Shown one piece after another: positions 9,626 through 17,516 of a stretch of 50,254 bases of DNA (positions within the stretch are counted from its first letter, which is position 1; the number at the start of each line of letters is the position of its first letter). Made by a program: the position numbers and the translations under genes. The stretch is from Gemmatimonadales bacterium (GTDB lineage Bacteria; Gemmatimonadota; Gemmatimonadetes; Gemmatimonadales; GWC2-71-9), in the NCBI GenBank assembly GCA_030699545.1, contig JAUYMC010000128.1:1-50254 (forward strand). The letters run 5' to 3'. The notes under the pieces are model-generated. The model did no database searches and had not been told where the DNA came from. It saw only the letters and a program-made list of their open reading frames with translations.

Positions 9626-9883
9626 CTACGCGGTGCGTTTGCCCAGAACGCCAGCCTTCTTGAGCAGCGAGCGCACCGTGTCGGTGGGCGTCGCCCCCTT
9701 GGCCAGCCAGGCCAGCGCCTGCTCGGCGTTCACGACAATGACCGCCGGATTGGCGCGGGGATTGTAGTTGCCGATCGTCGCCACGAACCGACCGTCCCGT
9801 GGTGACTTGGAGTCGGCGATGACGATCCGAAAATGCGACTGCCCTTTCCGTCCCACCCGACGCAGCCGAATACGAGTTGCCAT
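9626..9883 (-). CDS. rpsP: 30S ribosomal protein S16
   Basis: MATRIRLRRVGRKGQSHFRIVIADSKSPRDGRFVATIGNYNP is the classic S16 sequence. Confidence 0.95.
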   Translation of the reverse strand: MATRIRLRRVGRKGQSHFRIVIADSKSPRDGRFVATIGNYNPRANPAVIVVNAEQALAWLAKGATPTDTVRSLLKKAGVLGKRTA

Positions 9884-9889
9884 ACGTTG

Positions 9890-11176
9890 CTAAATCCTCT
9901 TGATGAGCTTGCGCATCTGCTGGAACTGTTCCAGCAACCGATTCACGTCCTGGACCGTCCGCCCCGCCCCCTTCGCGATCCGCAGCTTGCGCGACCCGCT
10001 GAGGATCGCGGGGTCGGCCCGCTCCGCCGGCGTCATCGACAGCACGATCGCTTCCACGTGCTTGAGCCGCTTCCCGTCCACCGCCGCACCCTGCAAGGCC
10101 TTCGCCTTGATGCCCGGCAGCAGGCCCAGCACCTGCTTGAGCGGCCCCATCGCCTGCATCTGCTTCAGCGCGACGAGGAAATCTTGCAGATCCATGCCCC
10201 GCTTGGAGCGCGCCTTCTGCTCCAACTTCTTCGCGGCGACCGGGTCGATCGTCGACGCCGCTTTCTCCACCAGCGCCACCACGTCGCCCTGCCCCAAAAT
10301 CCGCCCCGCCATGCGCGCGGGATCGAACGGCTCGAGGGCTTCGGGCTTCTCACCGACGCCGATGTACTTGATCGGCACGCCGGTGACGCCGTGAATGGAC
10401 AGCGCGGCACCGCCCCGCGTATCCCCATCGAGCTTCGTCAGAATCACGCCCGTCAGGCCGACACCGTCGTGAAATCCGCGCGCGATGTTCACCGCGTCCT
10501 GTCCCGTCATGCCGTCGGCGACCAGCAGCACTTCGCGCGGCGGCACCGCGGCTTGGAGCGCGCGGAGCTCGTCCATCATCTCGGCGTCGATCTGCAGGCG
10601 GCCGGCGGTGTCGACGATCACCGTCCGTGCCCGCGCGGACTCCGCCTGCTTCAGCGCGTCGCGCACCAGCGCGACCACGTTTCCCGTTCCCCGTTTCCCG
10701 AAAACCGGGACCCCCACCTGCTCCCCGAGCTGCTGTAACTGCTCGGCCGCGGCGGGGCGGTAGACGTCCGCCGCAACGAGGCACGGCGCTTTCTGCTCGA
10801 GCTTGAGCCGGCGCGCCAGCTTGGCGGCCGTCGTCGTCTTCCCCGACCCCTGCAGGCCGACCAGAAAAACCACCGTCGGACCGACCGAGGCGAACTCCAA
10901 CCCCGCCTTGGTGCCGCCCAGCAGCGCCGTCATCTCGTCGTGGACGAGCTTCACCACCTGCTGGCCGGGGCTGACGGTGTTGACCTGGAGCGCGCCGATG
11001 GCCCGCTCGCGCACCCGTTCGACGAATCCCCGCGTGACCTCGAAGCTGACGTCTGCCTCGAGCAGATGCCGGCGGATCTCCCGGAGCGCGTCGGTGACGT
11101 CGCTTTCCGACAGCACGCCCCGGCCGGTAATGCGGTTTAGTACGCCGGACAGCTGTTCGGAAAGGGCCGTAAACAT
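9890..11176 (-). CDS. ffh: Signal recognition particle protein Ffh
   Basis: The NG domain shows FLVGLQGSGKTTTAAKLA, DTAGRL and LTKLDGDTRGGAALS. The methionine-rich M domain follows. It lies upstream of rpsP as in many bacteria. Confidence 0.95.
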   Translation of the reverse strand: MFTALSEQLSGVLNRITGRGVLSESDVTDALREIRRHLLEADVSFEVTRGFVERVRERAIGALQVNTVSPGQQVVKLVHDEMTALLGGTKAGLEFASVGPTVVFLVGLQGSGKTTTAAKLARRLKLEQKAPCLVAADVYRPAAAEQLQQLGEQVGVPVFGKRGTGNVVALVRDALKQAESARARTVIVDTAGRLQIDAEMMDELRALQAAVPPREVLLVADGMTGQDAVNIARGFHDGVGLTGVILTKLDGDTRGGAALSIHGVTGVPIKYIGVGEKPEALEPFDPARMAGRILGQGDVVALVEKAASTIDPVAAKKLEQKARSKRGMDLQDFLVALKQMQAMGPLKQVLGLLPGIKAKALQGAAVDGKRLKHVEAIVLSMTPAERADPAILSGSRKLRIAKGAGRTVQDVNRLLEQFQQMRKLIKRI

Positions 11177-11238
11177 AAGCGTTCCAAAATAGTTAGCGAG
11201 TTGCCGTAATCACAGGGGGGGGTGTTATTTCGACGGTC

Positions 11239-12660
11239 ATGGACCCCTCCGTGTGGCTGCAAGGGCTCGTAACGGTCGGCGTCGGAGCGATTTCCGGAGG
11301 CATCACCAACGCCGTCGCCGTCTGGATGCTGTTTCATCCGTACGAGCGCCGCGGCATCGGCCCGCTCGCGATCCAGGGCGCCATTCCCAAGAGCAAAGGC
11401 CGGCTGGCCAAGAGCATCGGCAAGACCGTCGGCCAGCGGCTGCTCACCGAGGACGACCTCGCCCGCCAGCTGGGGGCGCCCGGCCTGCGCGAGGCCTTCG
11501 ACCGGGCCATCACCGCCTTTCTCGACCGCGCGTTGCAGACGCCGCGCGGGGCCCTGCGCGACGAGCTCCCCCCCGCCCTCCTCGCCGAGCTCGAAGCCTC
11601 GCTCGAACCGATGGCTGAGTCGCTGGCCGAGCGCCTCGCCGCGTTCGTCGCCGGACCCGGCTTCGACGAAGCGGCGGAGAAATACGTGCAGCTGGAGCGG
11701 TGGGTGGGTGAAGGGGTGGCGCGGCCGGAGCTGGAGCAGGCGGTGCGCCGGTTTCTCGCGACGCACCGCGCCGCGCTGCTGCGCGATGAAACGCCGCTGC
11801 TCGATCGTCTGCCCGCCGGCCTGATCGCCGCGCTGCAGCAGGCGATCGCGGACTACCTGCCGATCGCGGTCGAGCGTCTGGGCGCGATGCTGGCCGACCC
11901 TGACGCGCGCGAGCGCATTCGCGGCGGCCTGAAGCGCTTCCTCGATCGCGCGATCAAGAACCTCATGGTGCACGAGCGGGTGATGGCGAAGCTCGTGATC
12001 ACGGAGAAGCGGCTCGATCGCGTGCTCGACGGCCTCGAAGAAGGGGGACTCTCCGACCTCGCCGAAGTGCTCGAGACGCCCGACTTCCGGGCGCAGGTCG
12101 CCCGCGCCGTGAACGATGCGGTCGTGCGGTTTCTGCGCGCACCGCTCGCGGACCGGCTCTGGGCGCTCGGGCCCGAGCGGCTCGACGGACTGGAGCGCAC
12201 CGCCGCCGAGTACATCCTCAGCGCGCTGCGCGCGCCCGAGACGCGCGCGTGGGCGGTCGCGCGCGCGCGCGACGCCATGGTGCTCGGCCGCGAGATGCTC
12301 ACGGGCGAAACGGGCCAGGAGCGCGTCGCGGCGGCGGCCCAACGCGCCGTGCGCGCGTTGCTCGAGCGGCCCATCGGCCGGCCGGCGGACCTCCTGCCGC
12401 CCGACGCCGAACAGCGACTGCGCCGCGCGCTGAGCGAGCCGTTATGGGGCTGGATGCAGCGCCAGGTGCCGATCGTAGTGTCGCAGCTGTCGATTCAGGA
12501 TGTCGTCGAGCAGAAGGTGCTGGGCTTCTCGGTGCAGCGCATGGAGGAGATCATTCGCGGCGTGACGCAGCGCGAGCTGCGGCTGATCGTGCAGCTGGGC
12601 TATGTGTTGGGGGCGGTCGTCGGTCTCATGGCGTGGGGCCTGAATCTGCTGTTCAACTGA
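11239..12660 (+). CDS. DUF445-like membrane protein
   Basis: 473-aa ORF. The N-terminus is GAISGGITNAVAVWMLFHPYE and the C-terminus is RELRLIVQLGYVLGAVVGLMAWGLNLLF, resembling the DUF445/YheB-type family. This assignment is from memory and is not verified. Confidence 0.7.
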   Translation: MDPSVWLQGLVTVGVGAISGGITNAVAVWMLFHPYERRGIGPLAIQGAIPKSKGRLAKSIGKTVGQRLLTEDDLARQLGAPGLREAFDRAITAFLDRALQTPRGALRDELPPALLAELEASLEPMAESLAERLAAFVAGPGFDEAAEKYVQLERWVGEGVARPELEQAVRRFLATHRAALLRDETPLLDRLPAGLIAALQQAIADYLPIAVERLGAMLADPDARERIRGGLKRFLDRAIKNLMVHERVMAKLVITEKRLDRVLDGLEEGGLSDLAEVLETPDFRAQVARAVNDAVVRFLRAPLADRLWALGPERLDGLERTAAEYILSALRAPETRAWAVARARDAMVLGREMLTGETGQERVAAAAQRAVRALLERPIGRPADLLPPDAEQRLRRALSEPLWGWMQRQVPIVVSQLSIQDVVEQKVLGFSVQRMEEIIRGVTQRELRLIVQLGYVLGAVVGLMAWGLNLLFN

Positions 12661-13884
12661 CTACTCCAGGATGCGCACCGTCACCGGCCGGCTCCACCCG
12701 CTCCACCCGGCCGGCGCATCCGTCAGACGCACCGCCGCCCGGCCGCCGATCACCAGCCGCTCGACTTTCCACCGCCGCGCCGCCGGCCCGCCGGCCCGAA
12801 ACCGGGCCCACGCCCGCTCCAGTCCCCGGTGGAACCGATCCGCCGTGGCCGCGTCGTCCCAGATACTGACCCACACCAGCGCGTCCCCCGCCGTTCCCCG
12901 AAGCGCACGATAGCGATCGCCATCCCATCCGGTAGCGAGGAGCGCGGCTTCGGATTCATCACCCAGGTGCTGCTGCAACAGCAACCGCGTCTCGAACTCA
13001 CCAAGGCCGTCTTCCCACAGCACCGAATCAGCGCCGGCGTCGTCGAAGACGAGTTCCGTCGGCACGTCGGCGGCGCCGTAGCGCTCCGGATGCAGAATCT
13101 GCTCCGTAGACACGGGCATGCGCTCCAGGATCGAGCGATCGGGATAGGTACGCTTGAACCACACGAGGAACTCGGCGCCCCCGAGGTAGGGGAAGATGAG
13201 ACCCTCGCGCAGCCACAGCGGGGCCTTCGCGAACTCCGCCATCTGATCCTGCTGCCGGGCCATGACCGCGCGCTGCCGCCAGAACCAGCCGGCGGGAAGC
13301 GTTTCCGGTTTTTGCTCGGGCATGAGGACCGGGATCTGCGAGACCGTGGCCTGGCCTTCGAGCACCGCCTGCGCGGCGGTGCGGCGATCGTTGCGCCGCT
13401 GCTGGAGCATGATCGAATCGAGCCGCACATACTGATCCTGCAGCGCATGCACCAGCTCGTGTGAGACGACGATGCGCATCTGGAACGGCTCGATGTCGGC
13501 CGGAACGTAGAGCGCGTTGGAGTCGGGGTCGTAGTACCCGGCGATCTGCTCGGTGAGCAGATCGATCATCGTGGTGCGGAGATCGAGCGTCTCGGGCACG
13601 AGGCCAAACAGTCGCAGCGCGACTTGCAGCCCCGCGATCTCGCTCGCCGGGAGGTCCTGATCGAACTTGTGGATCACGTAGTCGCGGACCTGCTCGCGCG
13701 AGCGCCGCAGGACGACGGGATCGCGCTTGAACGGCAGGCCGGTGGCCCGCGCGACGAGCGGCTGCATCCGTTGCACCATCTCCCGCAGGTCGGCCTCGTT
13801 CTGGACCGCCTCGGCGCGCTCGCGACACGCGCCCGTCACGCCGAGGGCGACGGCGACGGCCAGGCCGGCGGTCAGCCGGCCCAC
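12661..13884 (-). CDS. Putative secreted or lipoprotein zinc metallopeptidase (HExxH)
   Basis: ORF 12661..14268. The upstream 128 codons overlap the AAA+ gene and are Arg/Ala/Gly junk. The GTG at 13884 gives VGRLTAGLAVAVALGVTGAC (signal peptide with a weak lipobox). The HExxH motif is in IVVSHELVHALQDQY. Confidence 0.7.
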   Translation of the reverse strand: MGRLTAGLAVAVALGVTGACRERAEAVQNEADLREMVQRMQPLVARATGLPFKRDPVVLRRSREQVRDYVIHKFDQDLPASEIAGLQVALRLFGLVPETLDLRTTMIDLLTEQIAGYYDPDSNALYVPADIEPFQMRIVVSHELVHALQDQYVRLDSIMLQQRRNDRRTAAQAVLEGQATVSQIPVLMPEQKPETLPAGWFWRQRAVMARQQDQMAEFAKAPLWLREGLIFPYLGGAEFLVWFKRTYPDRSILERMPVSTEQILHPERYGAADVPTELVFDDAGADSVLWEDGLGEFETRLLLQQHLGDESEAALLATGWDGDRYRALRGTAGDALVWVSIWDDAATADRFHRGLERAWARFRAGGPAARRWKVERLVIGGRAAVRLTDAPAGWSGWSRPVTVRILE

Positions 13885-15020
13885 TCGATGCCTTTCCCCA
13901 CCGCCACGCCCACGACGCGCGCGACGTCCTTGCCCGTGACGACAATCCCCTGGCGCTCGAGCTCCGCGCGCAGCAGCCGATCGAGCTCGGCGCGCTGCTC
14001 TTCGAGAGGCGGCCGGACGGTCTGACGGTCTGACGGCCTTTCCTCGGACTCGGCCGCCTTGGCCGTCGGACCGTCCGGCCGCCCGCCGAGGAGACCCTGC
14101 AATTCTTCCCCCAGCTGCTGCAGCACCGTCGCGAGATCGGCGATGGGCTCCTCGGCGGGGGGCTCTTCGGTCAGCCCGCGGCGGATCTGGGCCTCGACGC
14201 GGCGGCGCTCGCGAATCAGGCGATCGAGCTCGGCGGAGACCTGGGCCGTGGCCTGCGCGTGGGCGCACGCCTCATCCAGGACGTCGATCGCCTTGTCGGG
14301 GCGCGCGCGCTCGGGGACGAACCGGTCGGTCAGGACGATCGCGGCCTTCAGGGCGTCGTCCGCGATCGCGACCGCGTGATGGCGCTCGAGCCGCGGGCGG
14401 CGCGCGACCAGCACTTCCCACGCTTGAATCGCGTCCAGCTCGTCGATGGTGACCGGCTGGAAGCGGCGCTCCAGGGCGGGGTCGGAGCGGATCCACTTGT
14501 CGTACTCTTCGCCCGTGGTGGCGCCGACGACGCGGACGTCGCCGCGGACCAGCGCGGGCTTGAGCATGTTCGCGGCGTCCATGGCCGCGCCCATCGCGGT
14601 CCCCTGCCCGATGAGGTTGTGCAGCTCATCCACGAACAGAATGAGATTGGGATCCGCGCCGAGGGCGCGCATCAGCTGCCGGATGCGCTCCTCGTACTGC
14701 CCGCGGAACGACGTGCCCGCGAGCAACGCGACGTGGTCGAGCTGCAGCACGCGGGCATCCTTCAACGCGGGCGGGACGGTCCCCGCGGCAATGCGCTGGG
14801 CCAGTCCCTCGACGACCGCCGTCTTGCCCACGCCGGCGCGGCCGACGAGGGCGGGATTGTTCTTGCCCTGGCGCAGCAGAATATCGATGACGCGGGAGAT
14901 TTCTGCGTCGCGGCAGCGGACGGGCTCGAGATCCTGACGGCGGGCGAGCGCGGTGAGATCGATACCCACGCGTGCCAGCACGTCACCGGAATCGAACAGC
15001 CCCTCGAACGGATTCGCCAC
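13872..15020 (-). CDS. Clp/Hsp100-type AAA+ ATPase consisting of the D1 (NBD1) module only
   Basis: The 382-aa sequence aligns by eye to ClpB/ClpC NBD1. Matches are LEPVRCRDAEISRVIDILLRQGKNNPALVGRAGVGKTAVVEGLAQRI (Walker A), LILFVDELHNL (Walker B), GATTGEEY, ALERRFQPV and DKAIDVLDEA. A short coiled-coil tail follows. There is no Clp_N domain and no second AAA module. Confidence 0.85.
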   Translation of the reverse strand: MANPFEGLFDSGDVLARVGIDLTALARRQDLEPVRCRDAEISRVIDILLRQGKNNPALVGRAGVGKTAVVEGLAQRIAAGTVPPALKDARVLQLDHVALLAGTSFRGQYEERIRQLMRALGADPNLILFVDELHNLIGQGTAMGAAMDAANMLKPALVRGDVRVVGATTGEEYDKWIRSDPALERRFQPVTIDELDAIQAWEVLVARRPRLERHHAVAIADDALKAAIVLTDRFVPERARPDKAIDVLDEACAHAQATAQVSAELDRLIRERRRVEAQIRRGLTEEPPAEEPIADLATVLQQLGEELQGLLGGRPDGPTAKAAESEERPSDRQTVRPPLEEQRAELDRLLRAELERQGIVVTGKDVARVVGVAVGKGIEWAG

Positions 15021-15794
15021 TCAGCCTTCTCCACCCAGGAAATGGGCGTACCACGCGATGATGGCGTCGCCGAACACGAAGGTCACCGCGGCGCCCACAG
15101 CGAGGAATACCCCGAACGGCACGAGACGCTTCTTCTTGAGCGATAGGGGGATGAAGATCAGCGACCCGAGGGCGGCCCCGGCGAAGACGGTGAGCAGCAC
15201 ACCGCGCCAGCCGACGAAGCTGCCGACCATCGCCATCATTTTGATGTCGCCGCCGCCCATCGCTTCTTCTTTGAACACCCATTCGCCGGCGCGCGCCACG
15301 ACCCAGAGCAGCGCGAACCCCACCGCGGCCCCGAGCAGCGCCTCGAGGAACCCCGGGACGCCGCCTCCCAGCGACAGCAGCATGCCGATGACCAGCCCGC
15401 CGAGCGAGAATTCGTCGGGGATGAGGTAGTGCCGCGCATCGGTGATCGCGATCCCCAGCAGGAGCGTCCCGAACAGCGCCGCGCTCGCCGCCTGGAACGT
15501 CACGCCGTAGGCGAACAGCAAGGCGCCGAACAGCAGCCCGACCAGCGCTTCGATCAGCGGGTACTGCCGGGAGATCGGCGCGTGACACCAACGGCATTTC
15601 CCGCGCAGCCACAGCCAGGAAAAGACGGGAATGTTGTCGCGCCAGGCGATCGGCTGCTTGCAGCTCGGGCACGTCGAGCGTGGCCGCGTGAGCGAGCGGT
15701 CGAACGGCAGCCGCAGGATACAGACATTGAGAAAGCTGCCGATGCAGAGGCCGAGGACCACCGCACCGGCGAGCAGTACCGGATCAACGGTCAC
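15021..15794 (-). CDS. pilD: Prepilin (type IV leader) peptidase, A24 family
   Basis: It has the zinc-ribbon cysteines CPSCKQPIAWRDNIPVFSWLWLRGKCRWCHAPI and catalytic Asp contexts ITDARHYLIPDE and GGGDIKMM. The GTG at 15794 gives VTVDPVLLAGAVVLGLCIGSFLNV. The longer ORF N-terminus overlaps the upstream gene. Confidence 0.85.
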   Translation of the reverse strand: MTVDPVLLAGAVVLGLCIGSFLNVCILRLPFDRSLTRPRSTCPSCKQPIAWRDNIPVFSWLWLRGKCRWCHAPISRQYPLIEALVGLLFGALLFAYGVTFQAASAALFGTLLLGIAITDARHYLIPDEFSLGGLVIGMLLSLGGGVPGFLEALLGAAVGFALLWVVARAGEWVFKEEAMGGGDIKMMAMVGSFVGWRGVLLTVFAGAALGSLIFIPLSLKKKRLVPFGVFLAVGAAVTFVFGDAIIAWYAHFLGGEG

Positions 15795-16644
15795 GCAGGA
15801 CCTCGTACAGGAGAATGCCGGCGGCCACCGCGACGTTGAGGGACTCGGCGCCGTGGGCCAGCGGAATCGCGACGCGCTGCGCCGCGATGGCATTGAGCTG
15901 CGGGCGGATGCCCGCGCCTTCGTTTCCGACAATCACCGCGATCAGCTCCGCTCCACCTTTGTCTCCGGTGGCGTGCAGGGCGCGCGCCAGTGGAACGCCG
16001 TCCGATGCCGCGGCCCACAGCGTGAGACCGGCCGCGCGCGCCCAGGCGATGAACGGCGCGTCATCCAGCGCGATGACCGGATGGCGGAACGTCGCCCCCA
16101 TCGCCGCCCGCAGCGCCTTGGGGTTCATCGGGTCGGCGGTGCCGCGCAGCAGGATCGTCGCGGCCCCGCCGAGGGCGTCCGCCGTGCGGATCAGGGTGCC
16201 GACGTTCCCCGGGTCCTGCACGCCGTCCACCACGAGCACGGCGCCCCCCCCCCCCCGCGTCCCGGTGGGAACGTCGGCGACGGTCCAGTGCCGCGGCTCC
16301 ACGATGGCGAGCACGCCCTGCGGCGTGTCGGTCCCCGCGAGCGCGCTGAACACGCGGCTGCCGACTTCTTCGACCGGGACGGCGTGATTCGCGAGCTCGG
16401 TCACCAGCGCCTGGCCGCGGGTGGTGCGCGCCAGCTCCGGGGCGACGAGCGCGCCCTTGAAGGCGAGCCCGGCGGCGAGCGCCTCCTCGATCAGCCGGAC
16501 GCCTTCGAGGACGGCGAGGCCACGCCGGCCCCGCGCCTTGCGGCGTTGAAGATCCCGGACCGTTGACTGCAGATTACTGGCGATGCAACCCCTCGCGCCG
16601 TTCGGTCGTGGCCCTAAGATCGCGCCCCAGGTGGGTTTCGCCAA
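15784..16644 (-). CDS. TrmH/SpoU-family RNA 2'-O-methyltransferase (RlmB-like)
   Basis: The C-terminal part of ORF 15784..17469 shows NLQSTVRDLQRRKARGRRGLAVLEG, VVDGVQDPGNVGTLIRTADALG, VGNEGAGI and IPLAHGAESLNVAVAAGILLYE. The start is uncertain. TTG 16644 is the first candidate that does not overlap thiD. Confidence 0.75.
   Translation of the reverse strand: MAKPTWGAILGPRPNGARGCIASNLQSTVRDLQRRKARGRRGLAVLEGVRLIEEALAAGLAFKGALVAPELARTTRGQALVTELANHAVPVEEVGSRVFSALAGTDTPQGVLAIVEPRHWTVADVPTGTRGGGGAVLVVDGVQDPGNVGTLIRTADALGGAATILLRGTADPMNPKALRAAMGATFRHPVIALDDAPFIAWARAAGLTLWAAASDGVPLARALHATGDKGGAELIAVIVGNEGAGIRPQLNAIAAQRVAIPLAHGAESLNVAVAAGILLYEVLRDR
16244..16256. repeat. 13-nt C (plus strand) / G (coding strand) homopolymer inside the methyltransferase CDS
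   Basis: Read directly as gcg-ccccccccccccc-gcg. On the coding strand it encodes the Gly run in TRGGGGAV. Confidence 0.95.
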
Positions 16645-16680
16645 GCGACGGAGGGGGGGAGTGGGAGGGGGACCGCCCGC

Positions 16681-17511
16681 ATGAACATCGCCCTCACCAT
16701 CGCCGGATCGGACTCGGGGGGCGGGGCCGGCATTCAGGCCGACCTCAAGACGTTTCATCAGTTCGGCGTCTTTGGCACGAGCGCCATCACCGCCATCACC
16801 GCGCAGAACACCGCCGGCGTGTCGGCCTGGGAGGCGGTCAGCACGGCGCTGATCGCGCGCCAGATCGACGCGGTCGCCGCGGATCTGCCGCCCGCCGCGG
16901 TGAAGAGCGGGATGCTGGGATCGGCCGCCATCATCGCGGTCGTCGGGGAGGGGATCGCGCGGCATCGGCTCCCGCATTACGTGCTCGACCCCGTGATGGT
17001 GGCAACGTCGGGCGACCGGCTGCTCGAGCCGGCCGCGGAATCGGCGATCGCGCGCCACCTGGTGCCGCTCGCGGCGGTCGTGACGCCGAACCTCGACGAG
17101 GCGGCGATGCTCGTGGGCCACGAGGTCGCGACGCCCGATCAGATGGAGCGCGCCGGACGCGCGCTGGTGGCGATGGGCGCGCGCGCCGCGTTGATCAAGG
17201 GCGGCCATCTCGCCCGCGGAAATACGATCGTCGATGTGCTGGTGACGACGGGCGGCGGCGCGCGGTTCACGCACCCGCGCCTCGTGACTGCGTCGACGCA
17301 TGGAACCGGGTGCACCCTGTCCGCCGCGCTCGCCGCGGGGTTGGCACTCGGCCGGCCGCTCGAGCGCGCGGTGACCGACGCGCTGGATTTCGTGCACCGC
17401 GCGATCGCGGCGGCGCCCGGGTTGGGAACCGCGCAACAACAGGGGGCCGGTCACGGCCCCCTGAACCACTTTGTTCCCGCCCCGCCCCGTCCGCCGACCG
17501 ACGGGTTATAG
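16681..17511 (+). CDS. thiD: Hydroxymethylpyrimidine/phosphomethylpyrimidine kinase
   Basis: MNIALTIAGSDSGGGAGIQADLKTFHQFGVFGTSAITAITAQNT and GTGCTLSAALAAGLA are typical ThiD motifs. Confidence 0.9.
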   Translation: MNIALTIAGSDSGGGAGIQADLKTFHQFGVFGTSAITAITAQNTAGVSAWEAVSTALIARQIDAVAADLPPAAVKSGMLGSAAIIAVVGEGIARHRLPHYVLDPVMVATSGDRLLEPAAESAIARHLVPLAAVVTPNLDEAAMLVGHEVATPDQMERAGRALVAMGARAALIKGGHLARGNTIVDVLVTTGGGARFTHPRLVTASTHGTGCTLSAALAAGLALGRPLERAVTDALDFVHRAIAAAPGLGTAQQQGAGHGPLNHFVPAPPRPPTDGL

Positions 17512-17516
17512 GACGG

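Noticed and set aside
7722-9767. Other very long shadow ORFs: 7722..9767 (+), 11137..12342 (-), 18060..20141 (+), 23641..26370 (+), 26001..27512 (-), 34382..36040 (-), 44741..46246 (-), 115..795 (+).
   Set aside because: Each lies antisense to a confidently identified gene (the ribosomal operon, DUF445, the DUF5916-like gene, the 5'-nucleotidase, phoB, the lipoprotein, dnaK and the TPR gene). All have R/A/G/P-dominated composition and no recognisable domains.
12661-14268. N-terminal extensions of track ORFs: 12661..14268, 7656..8552, 15021..15932, 15784..17469, 29757..31286, 33962..36277, 41699..42748, 42112..43431, 43206..43820, 44639..46645.
   Set aside because: The extensions overlap the preceding real gene in another frame and are low-complexity. 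Internal starts that overlap the upstream stop (ATGA, GTGA, TAGTG) or restore canonical N-termini give normal-length proteins.
16560-16680. Looked for a TPP (THI-box) riboswitch upstream of thiD.
   Set aside because: The short upstream region has no CUGAGA or ACCUGAUCUGGAUAAUGCCAGC-like elements. Most of it is occupied by the divergent methyltransferase gene start.
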